Counted from the stretch's first letter, positions 40,013 through 56,213 are shown. The stretch is DNA of 64,000 nt from Octopus vulgaris (GCA_951406725.2 OX597816.1:31124001-31188000), one strand, 5' to 3'. The notes: generated from the letters alone by a model not told the origin. Numbers and translations: made by a program.

Positions 40013-42131
40013 CTTCCTTGTTTTATTTTCTTGATATTTTCTAATATGCAATTTCTTTTGTTATAAATTTTATACTTTTATATGTTTCAATGAACGTCTA
40101 TTTCCTTTCTATTTTATATACAATAGTTATGAAAAACAGAAACACTTTTGATGCAACTAGACAGGCGTAAAAATACGTTGACATCTATATTTTTCTTTCG
40201 CGATTCTAATGTCATTTTAAAACGTGAATTTTCTTTTTTTTTTCACCCTTTGAATTATATTTTATTAACAACATATATGAATGTTTTCAATTATTCACTA
40301 TTTTATTCTTAATAATCCTGACACCAGCGCTAATTATCTGCTGACGCATATTTATCTGTTGTATTGAAGCGGAAATGGAATTCAATTCCAAATATTTAAA
40401 TAGGTTATATGTAGCTATATTAAAGTTCATTTATGAAGTTTTACACAATTCACCATTTTGTATAGTAGACAATCAATTAATAGTAGAGGTAGTGATTCGA
40501 TCAAATGCATATATCATTTCTCTAGCTATACGCATTCAGTTCAGTTTTTGATAGTCTCGAGGTCAACTTGCCTTTCATACTTCTATTATGAGAAACACAA
40601 AGTATCATGCAAGCGTCAGTATTTTGCTCTCTCTCTCTCTCACTCTCTCTGTCTCAGTTACTCTCTATGCCTATGTTTTTATCTCTCCCTCGCTCTCTCA
40701 CTCTTATCTTTCGCTCACCATCTCTCTCAGAATTGGCTGCACTGTATTATCAGAAGAACGTGAGATCTAGAAACAGTATAAATTTACTGCAAACTACCCA
40801 CTGTCTAAGTGTGGGAATATAAGACAAAGATCATGAATATTTTATTACAGCATGTCTCCTCATCATGACGGTTATGAAAAACTTTCTTACAGAAATGGTT
40901 TAGATTCATGTCACGTGATGCACTTTAGAATAACAGTTGTGTGAATTACATGAATGGTTGTCTTGGAAAACGTATGAATTTACAACTTCCAATTTTCCCT
41001 CCGAACAAGAAATTATTCTTCATAAATTAACATTCTATATAACATAACACCAATGGTTTCAGCATTTCATCAAAACCATTTGGTCAGCTTGTGAGTAAAA
41101 AATTAAAAGAACTATCAGGATAAAATAAATTCAATGCTATATCTGACAACTCGAGAGATTATGATGAAGACTCTTTGTTGGCTTGCAAGCCAGGTATTCT
41201 TATCAGGTGATATAACAGCTCAGATACGTGCTTTATGCGACTAGATGACTGTAAATCTTTATGTTACCTGCAACAATGTATTGAGATGCTCGTATATTCG
41301 GGTGATCATTTAATAAATTTTGTTGTACTCTACAAGCGGCTTGTGTTTATATAAACTATGCTATAGATTGTTAGTTGATGATCAGTATATGAGTCGATAA
41401 CAAGGGCCAGAATGGCAATATATATTGTTCTATACGTAGATGTTGTCTTATATTTCTATACGTTACATATTCTGCATATTTGTGGAAAAATATATTTCCG
41501 GAATATTTTCCAATCTTTACTCTTCTGTAAATGTGATGTTTGAAATTATGTTATCGTATTAATTCATTATTCCTTAAACTGATCCTCTTTATGAAAACTA
41601 CGAAGGCATCTAAATGTTTCTACTTCTATCTGTATAATGTTATTTCAATTTCCAGTACCTATTCAGAATAAATCTATTCATATGCGACTTGTATTTGGCT
41701 GTGGTTTATAAACAGTTATTTTGTCTATTACACGCATAATGCAAGTGAAAACCTGAAAATTAAATGTTATATTGCCTATCCTGACTGAGAAAACAATTAT
41801 AAAGCATATATCTACATTTTCAACTTGCCTTTTCTACATTTATGTAGAAAAATGTTTTACTTAAATGAACAAGTATGGCGTTTTATTTGCAACTAATCCT
41901 AGAAAATTACATAAATAATTTAAGTAAAAATGCTTTGTAAATGAATGACTAATCATCTTATGAGGAGGGGATTTAAAGATGTTAATCCAATAATAATATA
42001 TGCATGTTCTCCTTGGATACGATGCCATTCAGAAGCAGGATCTTATTAAATTACATTACAAACTCTATCAGCTACCTAATATGTACGATCGAATTATTAC
42101 TCGAAGAAGGGTATAGAATAAATATATTAAC

Positions 42132-42303
42132 AGGCGCAGGAGTGGCTGTGTAGTAAGTAGCTTGCTTACCAGCCACATGGTTCCGGGTTCAGTCCCACTG
42201 CGTGGCATGTTGGGCAAGTGTCTTCTACTATAGCCTCGGGCCGGCCAAAGCATTGTGAGTGGATTTGATAGACGGAAACTGAAAGAAGCCCGTCGTATAT
42301 ATG

Positions 42304-42336
<33 letters not shown>

Positions 42337-42534
42337 ACGTTTGTCCCCCTAGCATTGCTTGACAACCGATGCTGGTGTGTTTACGTCGCCGTCACTTAGC
42401 GGTTCGGCAAAAGAGACCGATAGAATAAGTACTGGGCTTACAAAGAATAAGTCCTGGGGTCCATTTGCTCAACTAAAGGCGGTGCTCCAGCATGGCCGCA
42501 GTCAAATGACTGAAACAAGTAAAAGAGTAAAAGA

Positions 42535-42536
<2 letters not shown>
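42132..42536 (+). mobile_element. Full-length tRNA-derived SINE
   Basis: A-box-like TGGCTGTGTAG, B-box GGTTCAGTCCC, CORE-like ttgggcaagtgtcttct, tail gactgaaacaagtaaaagagtaaaagag followed by (TA)n. Confidence 0.93.
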
Positions 42537-42572
<36 letters not shown>

Positions 42573-43099
42573 TGTCACAGAGACAACAATATTGATACTA
42601 GATGTACAAATATGCACAGATTACTGCATACATCGTTACAGAGTCGATCAAAACGAGTTGTGTTCATTGATATTGAGATCAATCTCACGTCTGTTAACAT
42701 TCACTTTTAGTTTACATCTATGGCTAAAGCAACGAACCATTCAAGTGCTTGGATTTACTGGATTCTTTGCCTTACTTCCAAGTGGGACCTTGCATCTTAC
42801 TTAGAAATACATATTATAATTAACAATCGATTGATAAACAGACGTATTAGTTTTTTTCCAAGTAGATGTAATACTTGTTTATGATGAGCATATTAACTTA
42901 AAGTTACCACATTCACATATTTTTTTTCATATTTCGTACTGGCATATACATGATCATGAACGTAGAACGTAGGCACATATACATAAACGTGCAAACGTAC
43001 ATATTATTAATACACATACACGTATAAATATGTATGTCAGTAGATGTACATATTTATGTACGTACACACACAGAGACAGACACACACACATATATATTT

Positions 43100-43418
<319 letters not shown>

Positions 43419-43826
43419 CGGCTAATTATTTAAATTCATATACGAAATTCACTCGAATATTTTAAAAGTGTGCATAAGAAAATATAAACTCTCGTGCTGT
43501 AGCTTGCGGGTAATTTCATACGAAATCTCATACGTTTAACTTTACTCTTGCTTTGAACATCAAAACATAAATATGTATAGATTTGACTCAGCGGTTTAAA
43601 CATAATTTCCATTTTTTTTCTATAGATTCTATTCCGTGTTCAGTTCAATTTACCATTTATCTTCCTTTGATTTCCCGCCTTCACTTTATTATTTCCCTTG
43701 GCTACTGGTATCGTATTATGATATTGAATAGCGGTCTCCTTTTTATGTCTTGCATTTTTATGCCTACTGAATTATTATATCTACTAGTAATCTATCAATC
43801 TACCTATTTATCTATATACACATGCT

Positions 43827-43915
<89 letters not shown>

Positions 43916-44009
43916 ATATATATATAAAAGTGTATATATATATATATACATGAAGTGTGAGGAAGAGAGAGGGGGACATATATACGTATATATATATGGC
44001 TTGTAAGGA

Positions 44010-44138
<129 letters not shown>

Positions 44139-44577
44139 GGCTTACATATACATATACACGCATACACATATCGGTACACCTGTGCTTTAGAATCATATAT
44201 CATTATAGACTGTAAAAATAATCGAAACAAGGGACTGCTACATTTTCCAGCACTAGTATTGTTGACGTTAGACATGTACATATTTTCGGCTTAATGATCG
44301 TTATAGCCTTACTAGTTTATAGGAGAATATTGCTAGCACTATTGTTTCTCGCATGCGCTGTTTGGAACCTTATATCGTATTATATGAATTTCTGTATTAA
44401 CTCAGTCATGTACGCTTGTTTTACTGCATAAACTATGTGATAAATTAAGGAAATGGAAATGGCAGAATCATAAAACCTCTTGTTTCCTTCCCCAAAAGAA
44501 TAAAAATGGTTTTGTTGCGATAAATATTGTCGATCACATAGGCTGATCAAGAATTATAGTATGAAGAAAATATATCT

Positions 44578-44620
<43 letters not shown>

Positions 44621-44791
44621 TATGTATATATATATATGTTTATATGCATGACACCGAGTAAACGAGTTTCTGTTTGCAAAATATGCATTGAGAATTCGCT
44701 TAGTTTCTGTAATTTAATATCTTTTGAGAAATGAAATCCGACATTTGGGATATAAACCTATGTCAACATCGAAACACATTCTCGAATGGCG

Positions 44792-44834
<43 letters not shown>

Positions 44835-45229
44835 TTCTCACACATTTACACTGTCTTTCTTTATCTCTCTCCCTCACGATCTCTTTCTCTCTTAATAATA
44901 TAAACACACACTTACAAGATAGCTGATGTCTCTACGGCATATGGACTTCACCCAGGTAATGCCTTTCCATGTTTCTATCTTAACCGTTTAATATCTGTTC
45001 CGATCACTCCCTCCGCGTTTCTCTCTCTCCCCCAAATCGTCAGATATACCTGTTTTATTACATGTAGCAGCGCAACATAAGCCTCAAATTCTTGGGTTGA
45101 AGGCAGGCATGAGAACACAAACTCACAAACATACACACATTTAATTACATACATGCATATACCAACTCGTATACATACATATATATTTATATTATCTGTT
45201 ACTTATATCAACCATAACTACCTTGAAGT

Positions 45230-45820
45230 AATTATTTTAAACTTGGGTATACACCTGGTAGTATGCGTTTAAAACACGTTCGCTGTCTTCTACCTGATGT
45301 CATCGGCAGTAAGGATACTAGTGTCGCTGGGTTTACTTCAGAAATTCCTTTGTGACCCACGAGTATATAACAAATGAAGGAAATTGAAAATGGATTTCAC
45401 AAAATCCTTTGTTAATCACGCCGATCGTTTCGAATCAGAGTGCTCAGTGACAGAGTGCTTAGTGATACCCAAGTGGCTAAACAGTGATAAGTATCTAAAA
45501 TTTTGCTCACTCTCCTCACAGTCCACACCTTGCTTCCTGTAACCTTTCGTTGTTCTCCTGGCTGATGGAGAACAACGATGCATGTAGTCGTCCAGAAGTT
45601 GAAGAAGGCTGTAACAAGTATCCACGGCACCTTCACTTTAGAGGATATTTCATGGGACTTCCAGGAATTGACTGGAGCATTTAACAAGTGTATTAAAGTA
45701 ATAAGATCCTATTTTGAAGTGGGCGGAGTCAACATGTTTTTACTTATATGAAATTGATAAATATCTCTCTTGAAAAGTCTTAAAACTTCTGAAATGTACC
45801 ATGAATATATGAGCGAAGGG
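45230..45820 (+). mobile_element. Decayed, deleted mariner remnant
   Basis: cactctcctcacagtccacaccttgcttcctgtaacttt (HSPHSPHLASCN, HPPYSPDLAPCD-like) and aagtgtattaaagta..tcctattttgaa (KCI..SYFE). Confidence 0.65.
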
Positions 45821-46789
45821 ATAGACTGCTTTGGTGCTGTCGGCTATGTTAGTGTCTATTTAATCCAGTTTGAGATGCTGTTTCCGATGCCCATTTTACT
45901 GGCAGTAGAGCAGGTACATATTCGCTGACTATACTTCATTGAAGGCATTTATGTTCATTTGACACTGATTGAGACTACACAATGGCAAAAGCCATTCAAG
46001 TCATGATGATCCAGTTTGCTATATCTAAACATAGAACAAATTACCCATAGTAAAAATATTTTGGTGTCAATTTTGTAAAACTATGAATTTTGTAAAACAG
46101 GAAGATTTAGTTGCTATTTTTATAATATAAAATGACTAAGTAGCTACATCTTTATTGTATTGTATCGAATCTCTTGTTGGTCCATAAGTATCGTTTATTC
46201 CTCTATGATTCCTATAATTCTCGGTTCCTATGATTCATTCATTGCAATACGTAAAACAATCTAACTAGTAATAATTATGCTGCGTGGGAAAGTAAATTTT
46301 TTTCAAGGTGGAAAATTTACATTGCTTTTTCATATTTCAACATTGAATATAATATAAAATAATAAAGCATGTTTTATCCTCGGCTCTTTAAACGTATAGT
46401 ATAATTTCTCACTTGTGCTTAGTTATTACGCGTTCGGTGTTCGCATATTATGTAGGTAAGGTGTTACAGCAAAAATATATAATCGCTAAGTTGTTAGTAT
46501 TAATCATCTTCGGAGTGAAATGGCTCAAATTAATACATTTAATAGTAAATTAATTGCCGTCATTATATTTAAAAGTTAAGTATGTAGTGTTAACAGTGAC
46601 GTCAGTTACAACTGACACAATTGCTAATGGTTAGTTTCAGTATATGTAATAATTAATAGAGTAGTAAAGATTATCCTCAGCGATCGTTAAGTATTTATAC
46701 TTTTAACACAGTTTACAGTAAAGATAGTCTTAACCTAGTTAATAGATCAACAATGTCACTGATAGTTGCAGATGGCATGTATCATCAGA

Positions 46790-47320
46790 AGGTCTCCAGA
46801 ATGCATCGTGAGCCTGCAGCCAAAATCTGCAAGTTAGGAATGAGGATTAGCATTGCAGGAACTGAGACACTGGTTCTCTAAAAAAAAAGGTTTCACTCTG
46901 CCTATAACCAGAATATCACTGAGACAAGTGGAGAAGTTTAAGTACCTCAATAGTGTATTCGATCCCGTACATATGCGACTGAAGTGGGGTTCTTCAGTGG
47001 GATCTCTGCAGCAACGTTACTCGACAGGGTCGGAGAAGAGGGATGTATCGACATATCAAGCAGCTATTTCTGTACCTCAAGAGGTCACTGCACATTTATT
47101 AAGGGCATGTGATTAAATGCTGCCGGAAGGAATCGTAAGATGGATTCTTCAAACCGAGCTGCCCGGCTGAAGACCAGGGATTGACCAACAAATATATAAT
47201 TCGATAGTATCCCTAATCTCAGCTAGTGAAGACGGCAAATCCAAGCGGAATGTCTAATGGTGGTTGCTTTCTTCTGACACAATCTTATCAAATAATCTGA
47301 CATCACAAACTCCCAGGAAT
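46790..47320 (+). mobile_element. Decayed RTE-clade LINE fragment
   Basis: GMRISIAGTETLVL, LRQVEKFKYLNSVF, and GHV..ILQ..G.RP-like C-terminal motifs. Confidence 0.7.
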
Positions 47321-50129
47321 ATAAAGGCACAGCACATATCTAGCTATAAAAATGGTAATTTATCTCATGTTACTGAATAGTTCAATTCTTGCTTGAAAAT
47401 TCAATTAATTTATTCTCATATTCTGTAAGTAATTAAGGTTAATATATTAATTTATTAAATTTTTGTTACTTAGTTAATATTGAATTTTTTAAATGTTTAA
47501 TACTTAAGTAGGTTTAGACACGTCCAATTATTAACGTATATAATATAGTTTTATATAGCTAGTTTAGTGTTAATATAATATTTTGTTAATAATTTGCTTA
47601 AATATCTAACGATTTAGTTAACTTTAGCATAGTTGGTAGCAAATTAGATAGCGCATTCATAACAGTAAATGAGTTAATATTACCACATCAGATAATTAAC
47701 TGGCAGTTAATTTTTGGTTTTAACATTTAGTGATACGAAGTTTAGTATTTCAGATACAGTTCATATAATTAAAGATGTTGTTTACGTATTTAATACTAAA
47801 GTTGTCGCTGTATTACATGCATTTAGGACCGATTTCGTGACTCTTTCACAGACGTTAGTTTAACTATGCCATTTTATTCCCACGCGCGTTGACCTGCTCA
47901 ATACTTCACGTAATTATTTTCGAATTCAGAGAATGATAGTTCTTAAACGTTTAAAGCTATCGGTTTATTTCGAGTTTATCCAGTTAATTTTCCCATTGCC
48001 TCGCGGATGAGCTTCTTGAACTTATCCTTTTCGGTTTATTTAGTTATCTCCAGCAAAATCCTACGATAATCTTATTAATGTAAACAAAAAAAAAGAAAAA
48101 CATTTCTAGATCTTCCTCATTGTTTTCTCTTAGGATGCCAATTCTCCGTTGCACCTCCCTTCAAGTGGAAATATAACAATCATGATATAGTTGCTTGTGT
48201 CAGAGGAGTAATTTTTTTGTAACTAACAGACGTCTGCTTCCCTCAGGAAATATTATTTTTTTCCTTTTAGAATCTGGAGAAAATATCATAATTACAGAAA
48301 ACAGTATAAAACAGTACTTACGGAATACAATCCAACAATCTATTTTTTCGCTACTCACATTTCATATTCCGGTTTAATTCTATAATCATATATAAATTTC
48401 ACTATGTGACTAACCATCAATATTGCAATGCCAATAATCTTGATTTGTTTGAGCAATGTAAAAAAATCACTTATGAGATTTTTGCATATGATGTCTATAA
48501 TCTCAGCCGCGAAAATATGTATGTTCAAGATGCAATGCTTATCTAAATTCCAGTGACGAACGTTTTAATCTTCGTCACTATTTCGTTCCTAGTAGGTAAC
48601 CACATATAAAAATATAGCAAATATTTTGGCTTCACATACAATATATCTGGCATGAATTCTGTTTCTGATAATGTTATATTTTTCCCTTGAGCCCTTCATA
48701 CATTCAATGAAAAATATCTCTTGTACACTTAAATCCTTCTGCTCCAATTCATGTAAATTTACGAAGCATTCATAACGTTTTGTTTTAATCACAAACACAT
48801 TGCCTCCGCCTCTACTTCACGAATGGCACCCTAGGCACAGGACATTTCACTAGAAAATTGTATATGTATATACATTACACATACAAAGAATAATATTTCA
48901 TAAATTCTCATACCTTAGCTCCACTGGTTCTAAAACCTCTTCTGATTAACCCATTCTACCAAGAACCTTCGAAAGTTTACCTGTATACCCGTTCCCAATA
49001 CAAGCATATTTTCTATAATTGATGATTACATTGTGTGGTATTTTCCAAGATATATATTTAATTTTGTTGTGCAATAAGGCACAATAAAGTTTATTGTTTC
49101 TTAAACATTCGCTGTATATCTTATGAAACTAATTACAATATTGAAAAATGCCTATTTAAAAACCTATTTTCGGACAAACATTAAAGAATTCGATTGCGAT
49201 AACGGATTGAAGAATTAAGTGTGACTTATTTAATAGCACCCCGTCCTGAAATACGTATCTTCATGTTCACGTTTCTTCACTTTTTAACAAATAACGCCGT
49301 TGCGTATCCCATTCCATAGAACAAATTCATAACTTATTATGTGTGTGTGTGCGCGTGCGTGTGTGTGTGTGCGTGTGCGTATGTGTGTGTGTGTGTGTGC
49401 CCGTGCATGCATGTGCCTCTACCTTTACTTTATACATGTTTCTTAAGTACATCAACTATTATTTCTGTGCAGATTGAAATAGTTATTAAATAAATAAACG
49501 TCCACCATCACTGGAATTTGGAACATTGTTACATCTTGAATGTTCATATATTTTCTACTTAGCTTAAATATTTTAATCTGCAAATACTTTAGAAATCATC
49601 AAATACTTCCCTTCAAAATTTAACTTTCTGACATATTTACTAGCATAACCCGATTGATATAGTTCCTAACATAAAATATCTGAAAGATAATTATCAATAT
49701 AAATGGGGGTATATAACATGGCTAGGAGAAGGATATGTTTCAAGAGTGTACATTTCCGTAAGTATAAGTTCTTCCTGATTTTAAAAGAAATGGAAATGTC
49801 TCCAGAGTATCTAACTATGGTATTATGTATGATAAACTTTCTAGGACACAAATATCTCTGTCGCTTCTCCCATATTCCGTGAAGAAAGCTTTTATGGGAA
49901 ATTCCATGGATTTTCGATACGATGATATGTATGCATGCATGTAAAAAAAAAAAACGGGTTAACTACCTATACATACGCCAGCGCAATCTTTCTTACAGGA
50001 GCCAATATAAATTGTTCTATAAGCAAACTCTTGCTAACTCAATACTTCGCTCTCCAATAAAAATATTGCAGAACGCCAGACCACGTGTATAATCTGGCAT
50101 ATGGATTTTCTGTCGCTCTCTTACATTCT

Positions 50130-50320
50130 TTAACTTCTTTCAGTTATCATACTCCGGTCATGCTGGGGTACCATATTCACGAATTTTAGTCGAATGGATC
50201 AACCCAGCACATAAAAAAAAAAAAAAATTAAGCCTGACGCCTGACACATTTTCTCTAGTTCACTTTTACCGAATCGCTGTAATGCGCTGAAGAAACACAC
50301 AGACACCGTTAAATAGGCCC
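50130..50320 (-). mobile_element. Degenerate SINE 3' part
   Basis: ttctttcagttatcatactccggtcatgctggggtaccat..ttttagtcgaatggatcaacccagcac resembles the SINE family tail. Confidence 0.6.
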
Positions 50321-50350
50321 AAAATTTTTGTGGTGAATATATATATGTAC

Positions 50351-50414
<64 letters not shown>

Positions 50415-50419
50415 GCCGA

Positions 50420-50915
50420 TAGAGAATTTGAGCCCGGAATCAGCCAAGCGAGTTCTCATTACTTATGAAATGTTAGTATAAGGAATTCTCGATTGGTGTT
50501 TTGGGCTATTACAGTCCCTGTCAGCATATATGTAAACTATTATCTGCTTTAACTCGAGTATTAGAACATTTTAGTTGTTATTTTTAGCATTTATTGACAA
50601 TTGTAGTTTTCCTTTACGGTAAAAAATGGCGCATATCTCTTTGTATTAATTTTGTAACCAAAATTTGCGATTAGCTACATCATCCGTAAATTTTTATGGT
50701 GAATATATATATGCTGACAGAGAACTTAAACCCAGAATTAGATGAGCAATTAGTCCTTACTGATGACTCTACCGAAATAGCCGGATCTGATTGCTCAGTA
50801 TATGAAATCCTCAATTGGTGTTCAGGGCGTTTACAGATCCAGTCAACATATATGTTTACGATTATGTGCTTTAGCTACAGAATAAAAAAAATGCATTTTA
50901 GCTATTATATCTAGC
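50420..50915 (+). repeat. Diverged direct repeat pair (~50420-50590 and ~50718-50915)
   Basis: Shared agagaa.tt.a.ccc.gaat.ag, agtata..g.aat.ctc.attggtgtt and gtca.catatatgt..ac.attat.tgcttta.ct. Confidence 0.7.
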
Positions 50916-51013
50916 AATGTGTGTGCTCTTACCCTCTTAGTTACATTTAGTGACAATTATAGTTCTCTTTCATGGTAACACATAACATTGAGCACGGCTT
51001 TACACACACACAC

Positions 51014-51050
<37 letters not shown>

Positions 51051-51499
51051 CACGATTATGAATACCTGTGATGAATATAAGAAATAGATAAAAAATAATG
51101 AAATAAATCTCTATAAAGGGCATGGGGAGAAACGTCGTAAGAAGCGAGCACATATACACACACAATAAATTCGCAGACGACCACAGTAGTATCAACGACA
51201 CGGCTAAGAGCAACAGCAGCATCGGCGTTGACAGCGACAGCAATGACAACTACCACGATGGTATACTGTGGGCGAACACGCAATGACAGAGAGATACAGG
51301 ATCTGTACCAAATTCTCGGATCCTAGGGCAATGGGCGAGTGAATGGGGTTGAGTGGGGATGTCATACTGCTACTAAGAACAATGACACATATACAAGGGA
51401 GCACATACCGATATACACACTTGTGTATAAGTGTACATAAGGATACACATCATAGAACAGCAGAATGAAATGAATGGGGCTAGAGTACACACGAAGATG

Positions 51500-51600
51500 T
51501 AAAGTGTCGTTGAAGTGGTCACAGACGTGTGACAAGAGATTTCCGGGCAATGGACATACGTTAGAATAAACAGTTATAAAAGAGTGAAGAACGAATATAT
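51500..51600 (+). repeat. Interspersed repeat shared with ~59720-59815
   Basis: tgtcgttgaagtggt..gac(a/g)agagatttccgg(g/a)caatg..aagaacgaatatat at both loci. Confidence 0.75.
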
Positions 51601-51633
51601 TGGCAAAAAATGACCATTTCGAAATACAATTGT

Positions 51634-51956
<323 letters not shown>

Positions 51957-51957
51957 C

Positions 51958-52523
51958 CTCTGGATCTCGACAACGGTGTTAAAACGGCGACCTTTGACCT
52001 GCATTTTAATCTTTGGTAATATATAAAATTGGGCAGGTGCTAACTCTAGCGAATAGGGTGTGTGCGTAAGCGATACCATGTTGCTTTTGAAGTGAAACTC
52101 ACGAGTGAGGGGAGTTCATTGGCAGGGTCCATTTTCTTCGTGAAGAATCCTATTCTTCACACTATACAAATCCGGCCAATTTCGCTAAATATGTTCCATT
52201 AGACACTTCAAAACATCATAATAGACTCTCGGCTGGCTCTGGGGGATGTACTGCGTAGAACTCACTGCCTCGTCTTCATAAGCTTTTGAAATTTATCATA
52301 AAATTTTACTTTGGTTGTTTGTTCCACCTTCCTACCCCTGACAAAATCGCAAACGACAGCATAGATATGATCACAAAAACACAAATTTCAAAGCTTTCAA
52401 AGTAAGAACAGTTATGTCACTCGATGCACTACCTCATAAAGGTCAATGCCAGCCCGCAACCATGTGCTGCCTTCTGCTGGCACGCTACAGTAGTAGTCCG
52501 TGTCTTTTTTGATACCACATCGA
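51958..52523 (-). mobile_element. Decayed mariner remnant
   Basis: LTHTPYSLELAPAQFYILPKIKMQVKGRRFNTVVEIQ, with a TIR-like cgatgtggtatcaaaaaag next to (TA)n. Confidence 0.8.
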
Positions 52524-52885
52524 ATATATATATATATATATATATATATGAATAATCACGTATTCACACACACATATAAACACATACATAAATATATTAA
52601 TCATATTATTACCTAAATTTAGGTTTTACGTATACTTAATTTGTGTAGAACAGTAGATATATAGACGTGAGCAGAACGCATATATTACGCATAGACATTA
52701 TTACAAACAGTAATTATATAACACTGAGTGGCTGCAGATCTACTGTATTTTCTTATTTCTAACCAACATTTAAGTCAGTATTCATAAAATGACATCCTAC
52801 TCTCATCTCGGTGTATAAGAAATCATAGAATGTGTGCGTGAATGTGTGTGTGTGCACGCACACACGCGCGTGTATGTACATATGT

Positions 52886-52924
<39 letters not shown>

Positions 52925-52955
52925 ATATATATATATATATATATGCACATATATA

Positions 52956-53002
<47 letters not shown>

Positions 53003-53084
53003 GTATGTATATATATATATATATGTGTGTGTGTGCGTGTAATTCAATAAATATATATATATGCATATATATCTACCTATTTAT

Positions 53085-53125
<41 letters not shown>

Positions 53126-53870
53126 AGTAAATAAGTGTGTTTTTTTCTGTGTGTATTTAGATATGTATCTATTACTGAGATATGGCTTAGAAATATTATT
53201 TTGAGGGTTTGAGCGTATGTTGTATTGTTTTAAATTCTTACAAATAGAAATAGCAGATACGGAAGAAATTGTTTATAAATATATAAATTCATGTAGCTGG
53301 ATAAAATATTTAGAAATAACCTTATCAAAAGATATTTAGTGTATCTTGTACCGTAATATAAATATATCAGTTATTTATATGGGAATCATCGATTATCTTA
53401 TGATTACTCATGCCCGAAGTCAACAAAAGGGATTGTTGATTCTCAATAAAGTTTTTTCATAAAAATTACGTTACTTATAAAAGATAGCGTAATGTGTATG
53501 TTTCTTTTGTTTTTGCTGAAAATACGTATATATGTACGTGTCAAGAAGAAGATTATAACATTTTTCTTAACATTTAGCCAAGGTATGACAAGGTTTTATT
53601 TCTATTTTATATTTACTTAAAAAAAGAGGCCATTGATTGTGTATTTTCAAAATAAAATTAGAAGGAATAGTTTTTGTAGATACCTTCAATTCTTAAAAGA
53701 ACTGGTTTTATGAAATAATTTAATCCCATATACTTCTTGTAAAACATAGGTTCATAACTGGAACACATTTTCATGAAATGCAACAATATAGAAGATTTTT
53801 CAGCTTAGGTAATGGTGCAAAAACCTTGACATTGTAGCTAGGTTCATAAAAAAAATAATAAATAGATAAA

Positions 53871-54109
<239 letters not shown>

Positions 54110-54114
<5 letters not shown>

Positions 54115-56002
54115 CAACTTATCAATAGCCTGGATAGACTATAAAAAGGCTTTTTATAGCCTACCACATAGCTGGATTAGGAAATGCCTTGAAATGTATA
54201 AGATAGCACCAACTCTGCGAAACTTCTTGACTGTAAGTATGAGATCATGGAGAACCACAGTAACTCTGAACAGTGACAGTGAATCCCTAAATGCTGGTGA
54301 TGTAAAAATTTCGTGTGGCATTTTCCAGGGTGACTCACTGTCACCACTCCTCTTTTGTTTATCCTTAATACCTCTCTAAAAGCTGCTCAATGACGCGCAG
54401 TACGGGTATAAAATGTTTGATAAAAATATAAATCATCTCGTTTACATGGATGATTTAAAGCTTTTTGCAAAAAATGATCAACAACTCAAGGGCTTACTAG
54501 CGATAGTCAAACAATTCAGTGACGACATCAGAATGCAATTCGGCCTTGATAAATGTGCAAAGGCTACCTTTATCAAAGGAAAAATGACAGAAACATCTAA
54601 CGTTAACCTTGACCAACAGAATGTCATAAAAGAACTAGACCCAGCGGAGAGCTACAAGTACCTAGGGGTAATTGAAGGGAACGGAATAAGGCATTCAGAG
54701 ATGAAGGAAAGGATCAGGAGAGAATGCTATCGAAGAGTGAGAGCAATACTCAAGACAGAGCTGAATGCAAGAAACAGGATCGAAGCAATCAATGCATTAG
54801 CTATACCAGTCGTGACTTACAGTTTCAATATTGTTAACTGGTCAATTACTGAAATATGTCAGCTCGACAGAAAAATAAGGAAACTGTTAACAATGCATAG
54901 AATGCACCACCCTAAGGCAGATACAGAACGACTCTATCTGCCAAGAAAAGAGGGAGGCCGTAGTCTTTTGCAACTGGCAATAACAATGAAGATTGCTACA
55001 ATTGGCCTAGACACCTACATGAAAAACTCTGAGGACTGGATGTTAAAACTTGTCTCAAAACATGAAAACAAGAAAGCATCATACTCAGTCACAAAACAGG
55101 CAAAGGAATATCTAAGTGAATTCCGAATACAACCAATTTCGGAATTAGAGATAGATATACAAGAAACAAGCACAGAAAAAGCTAGGCGCATGAAAACCCG
55201 TGCCAAAACTGCGGCCTTAGATATTCTGAATAATAAATGGCAAGAAAAACCTCTCTATGGTAAATACCCAAAGAGAGCGAATAATGCAGATATCGACAAA
55301 GCCCTGACCCATCAATGGCTAATGGCCTCTGGCTTAAAATCTGAAACAGAAGGGTTTATCATAGCAGCTCAAGATCAATGCCTACCAACAAGAAACTACC
55401 AGGCCAACATATTAAAGATCAGAAGCAGTCCAACATGTCGTGTATGCAAGCTACAAAATGAAACCATTGACCATGTGGTCTCCAAGTGCAGTCTTCTAGC
55501 GCCTACAGAGTATCTCAACAGGCACGATAGAGCTGCACAATATATTCACTGGGTAATCTGTAAAAACCTGGATTTGCCCCATGAAAAAAACTGGTGGGAA
55601 CACAAACCACCCCCAGTGCTTGAAAATGACCACATCTCACTCCTCTGGAACTTCACCATTCAAACTGACAGGAAGATAGATGCAAATAGGTCACACATCA
55701 TATTGAAAGACTTCAAACAAAGAACCTGCCCCCTCATTGATATGACTGTCCCAATCGATATAAACGTATCTGTCAAGACCTACCAAAAACTGAGCAAATA
55801 TAAAGATCTTGAAATAGAAATCAGCAAAATGTGGAAGCTGAAGACTAAAACAATACCTGTTGTCATAGGTGCCCTGGGAATGATAGCAAAAGGGGCTGAT
55901 AGCTACCTAACTCAGATACCAGGAAACCCAAAAATGGCAGAAGTTCAAAAGATAGTGCTCATGGGAACTGCTCATATCCTACGCAAAATACTCTCTATGT
56001 AA
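54110..56002 (+). pseudogene. Truncated RT/RLE coding region; premature stop and the RLE PD motif changed to SH
   Basis: NRSHII here versus NRPDII in the 33 kb copy; AFYS versus AYDS. Confidence 0.88.
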
Positions 56003-56212
56003 TCTCAAGGTTTAAAACAAACATAATTTTCGGTTTAAAAAAAAAAAAAAAAATTTTTTTTTTAGACATTCATTAGTACAACATCCCCACCCCCCACATA
56101 TATGGCACACTAGGCATAACAACAACATGAACTTCCAACCCTGTTGTCTCTTGAGGTCTCTGGGTGAGACTTGGAGCCAACTTGTACAAATATAAAGCAA
56201 AAGTCAAACATA

Positions 56213-56213
<1 letters not shown>
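54110..56213 (+). mobile_element. 5'-truncated R4/Dong-type retrotransposon in (TAA)n
   Basis: Begins mid-RT (NNLSIAWIDYKKAF), then GIFQGDSLSPLLF, a stop at 54377-54379, and ORF 54413-56002 with YMDD, CRVC..ETIDHVVSKC, RHD and KLSKY. The 3' UTR is followed by (TAA)n. Confidence 0.95.

Noticed and set aside
42132-42200. tRNA gene
   Set aside because: It is the tRNA-derived head of a SINE; no complete cloverleaf, and it continues into the SINE body.
44271-44320. Hammerhead-like motif on minus strand (CTAGTAA-GGCT..AGCC-GAAA-ATAT-GTA)
   Set aside because: The core has three mismatches and stem I does not pair convincingly.
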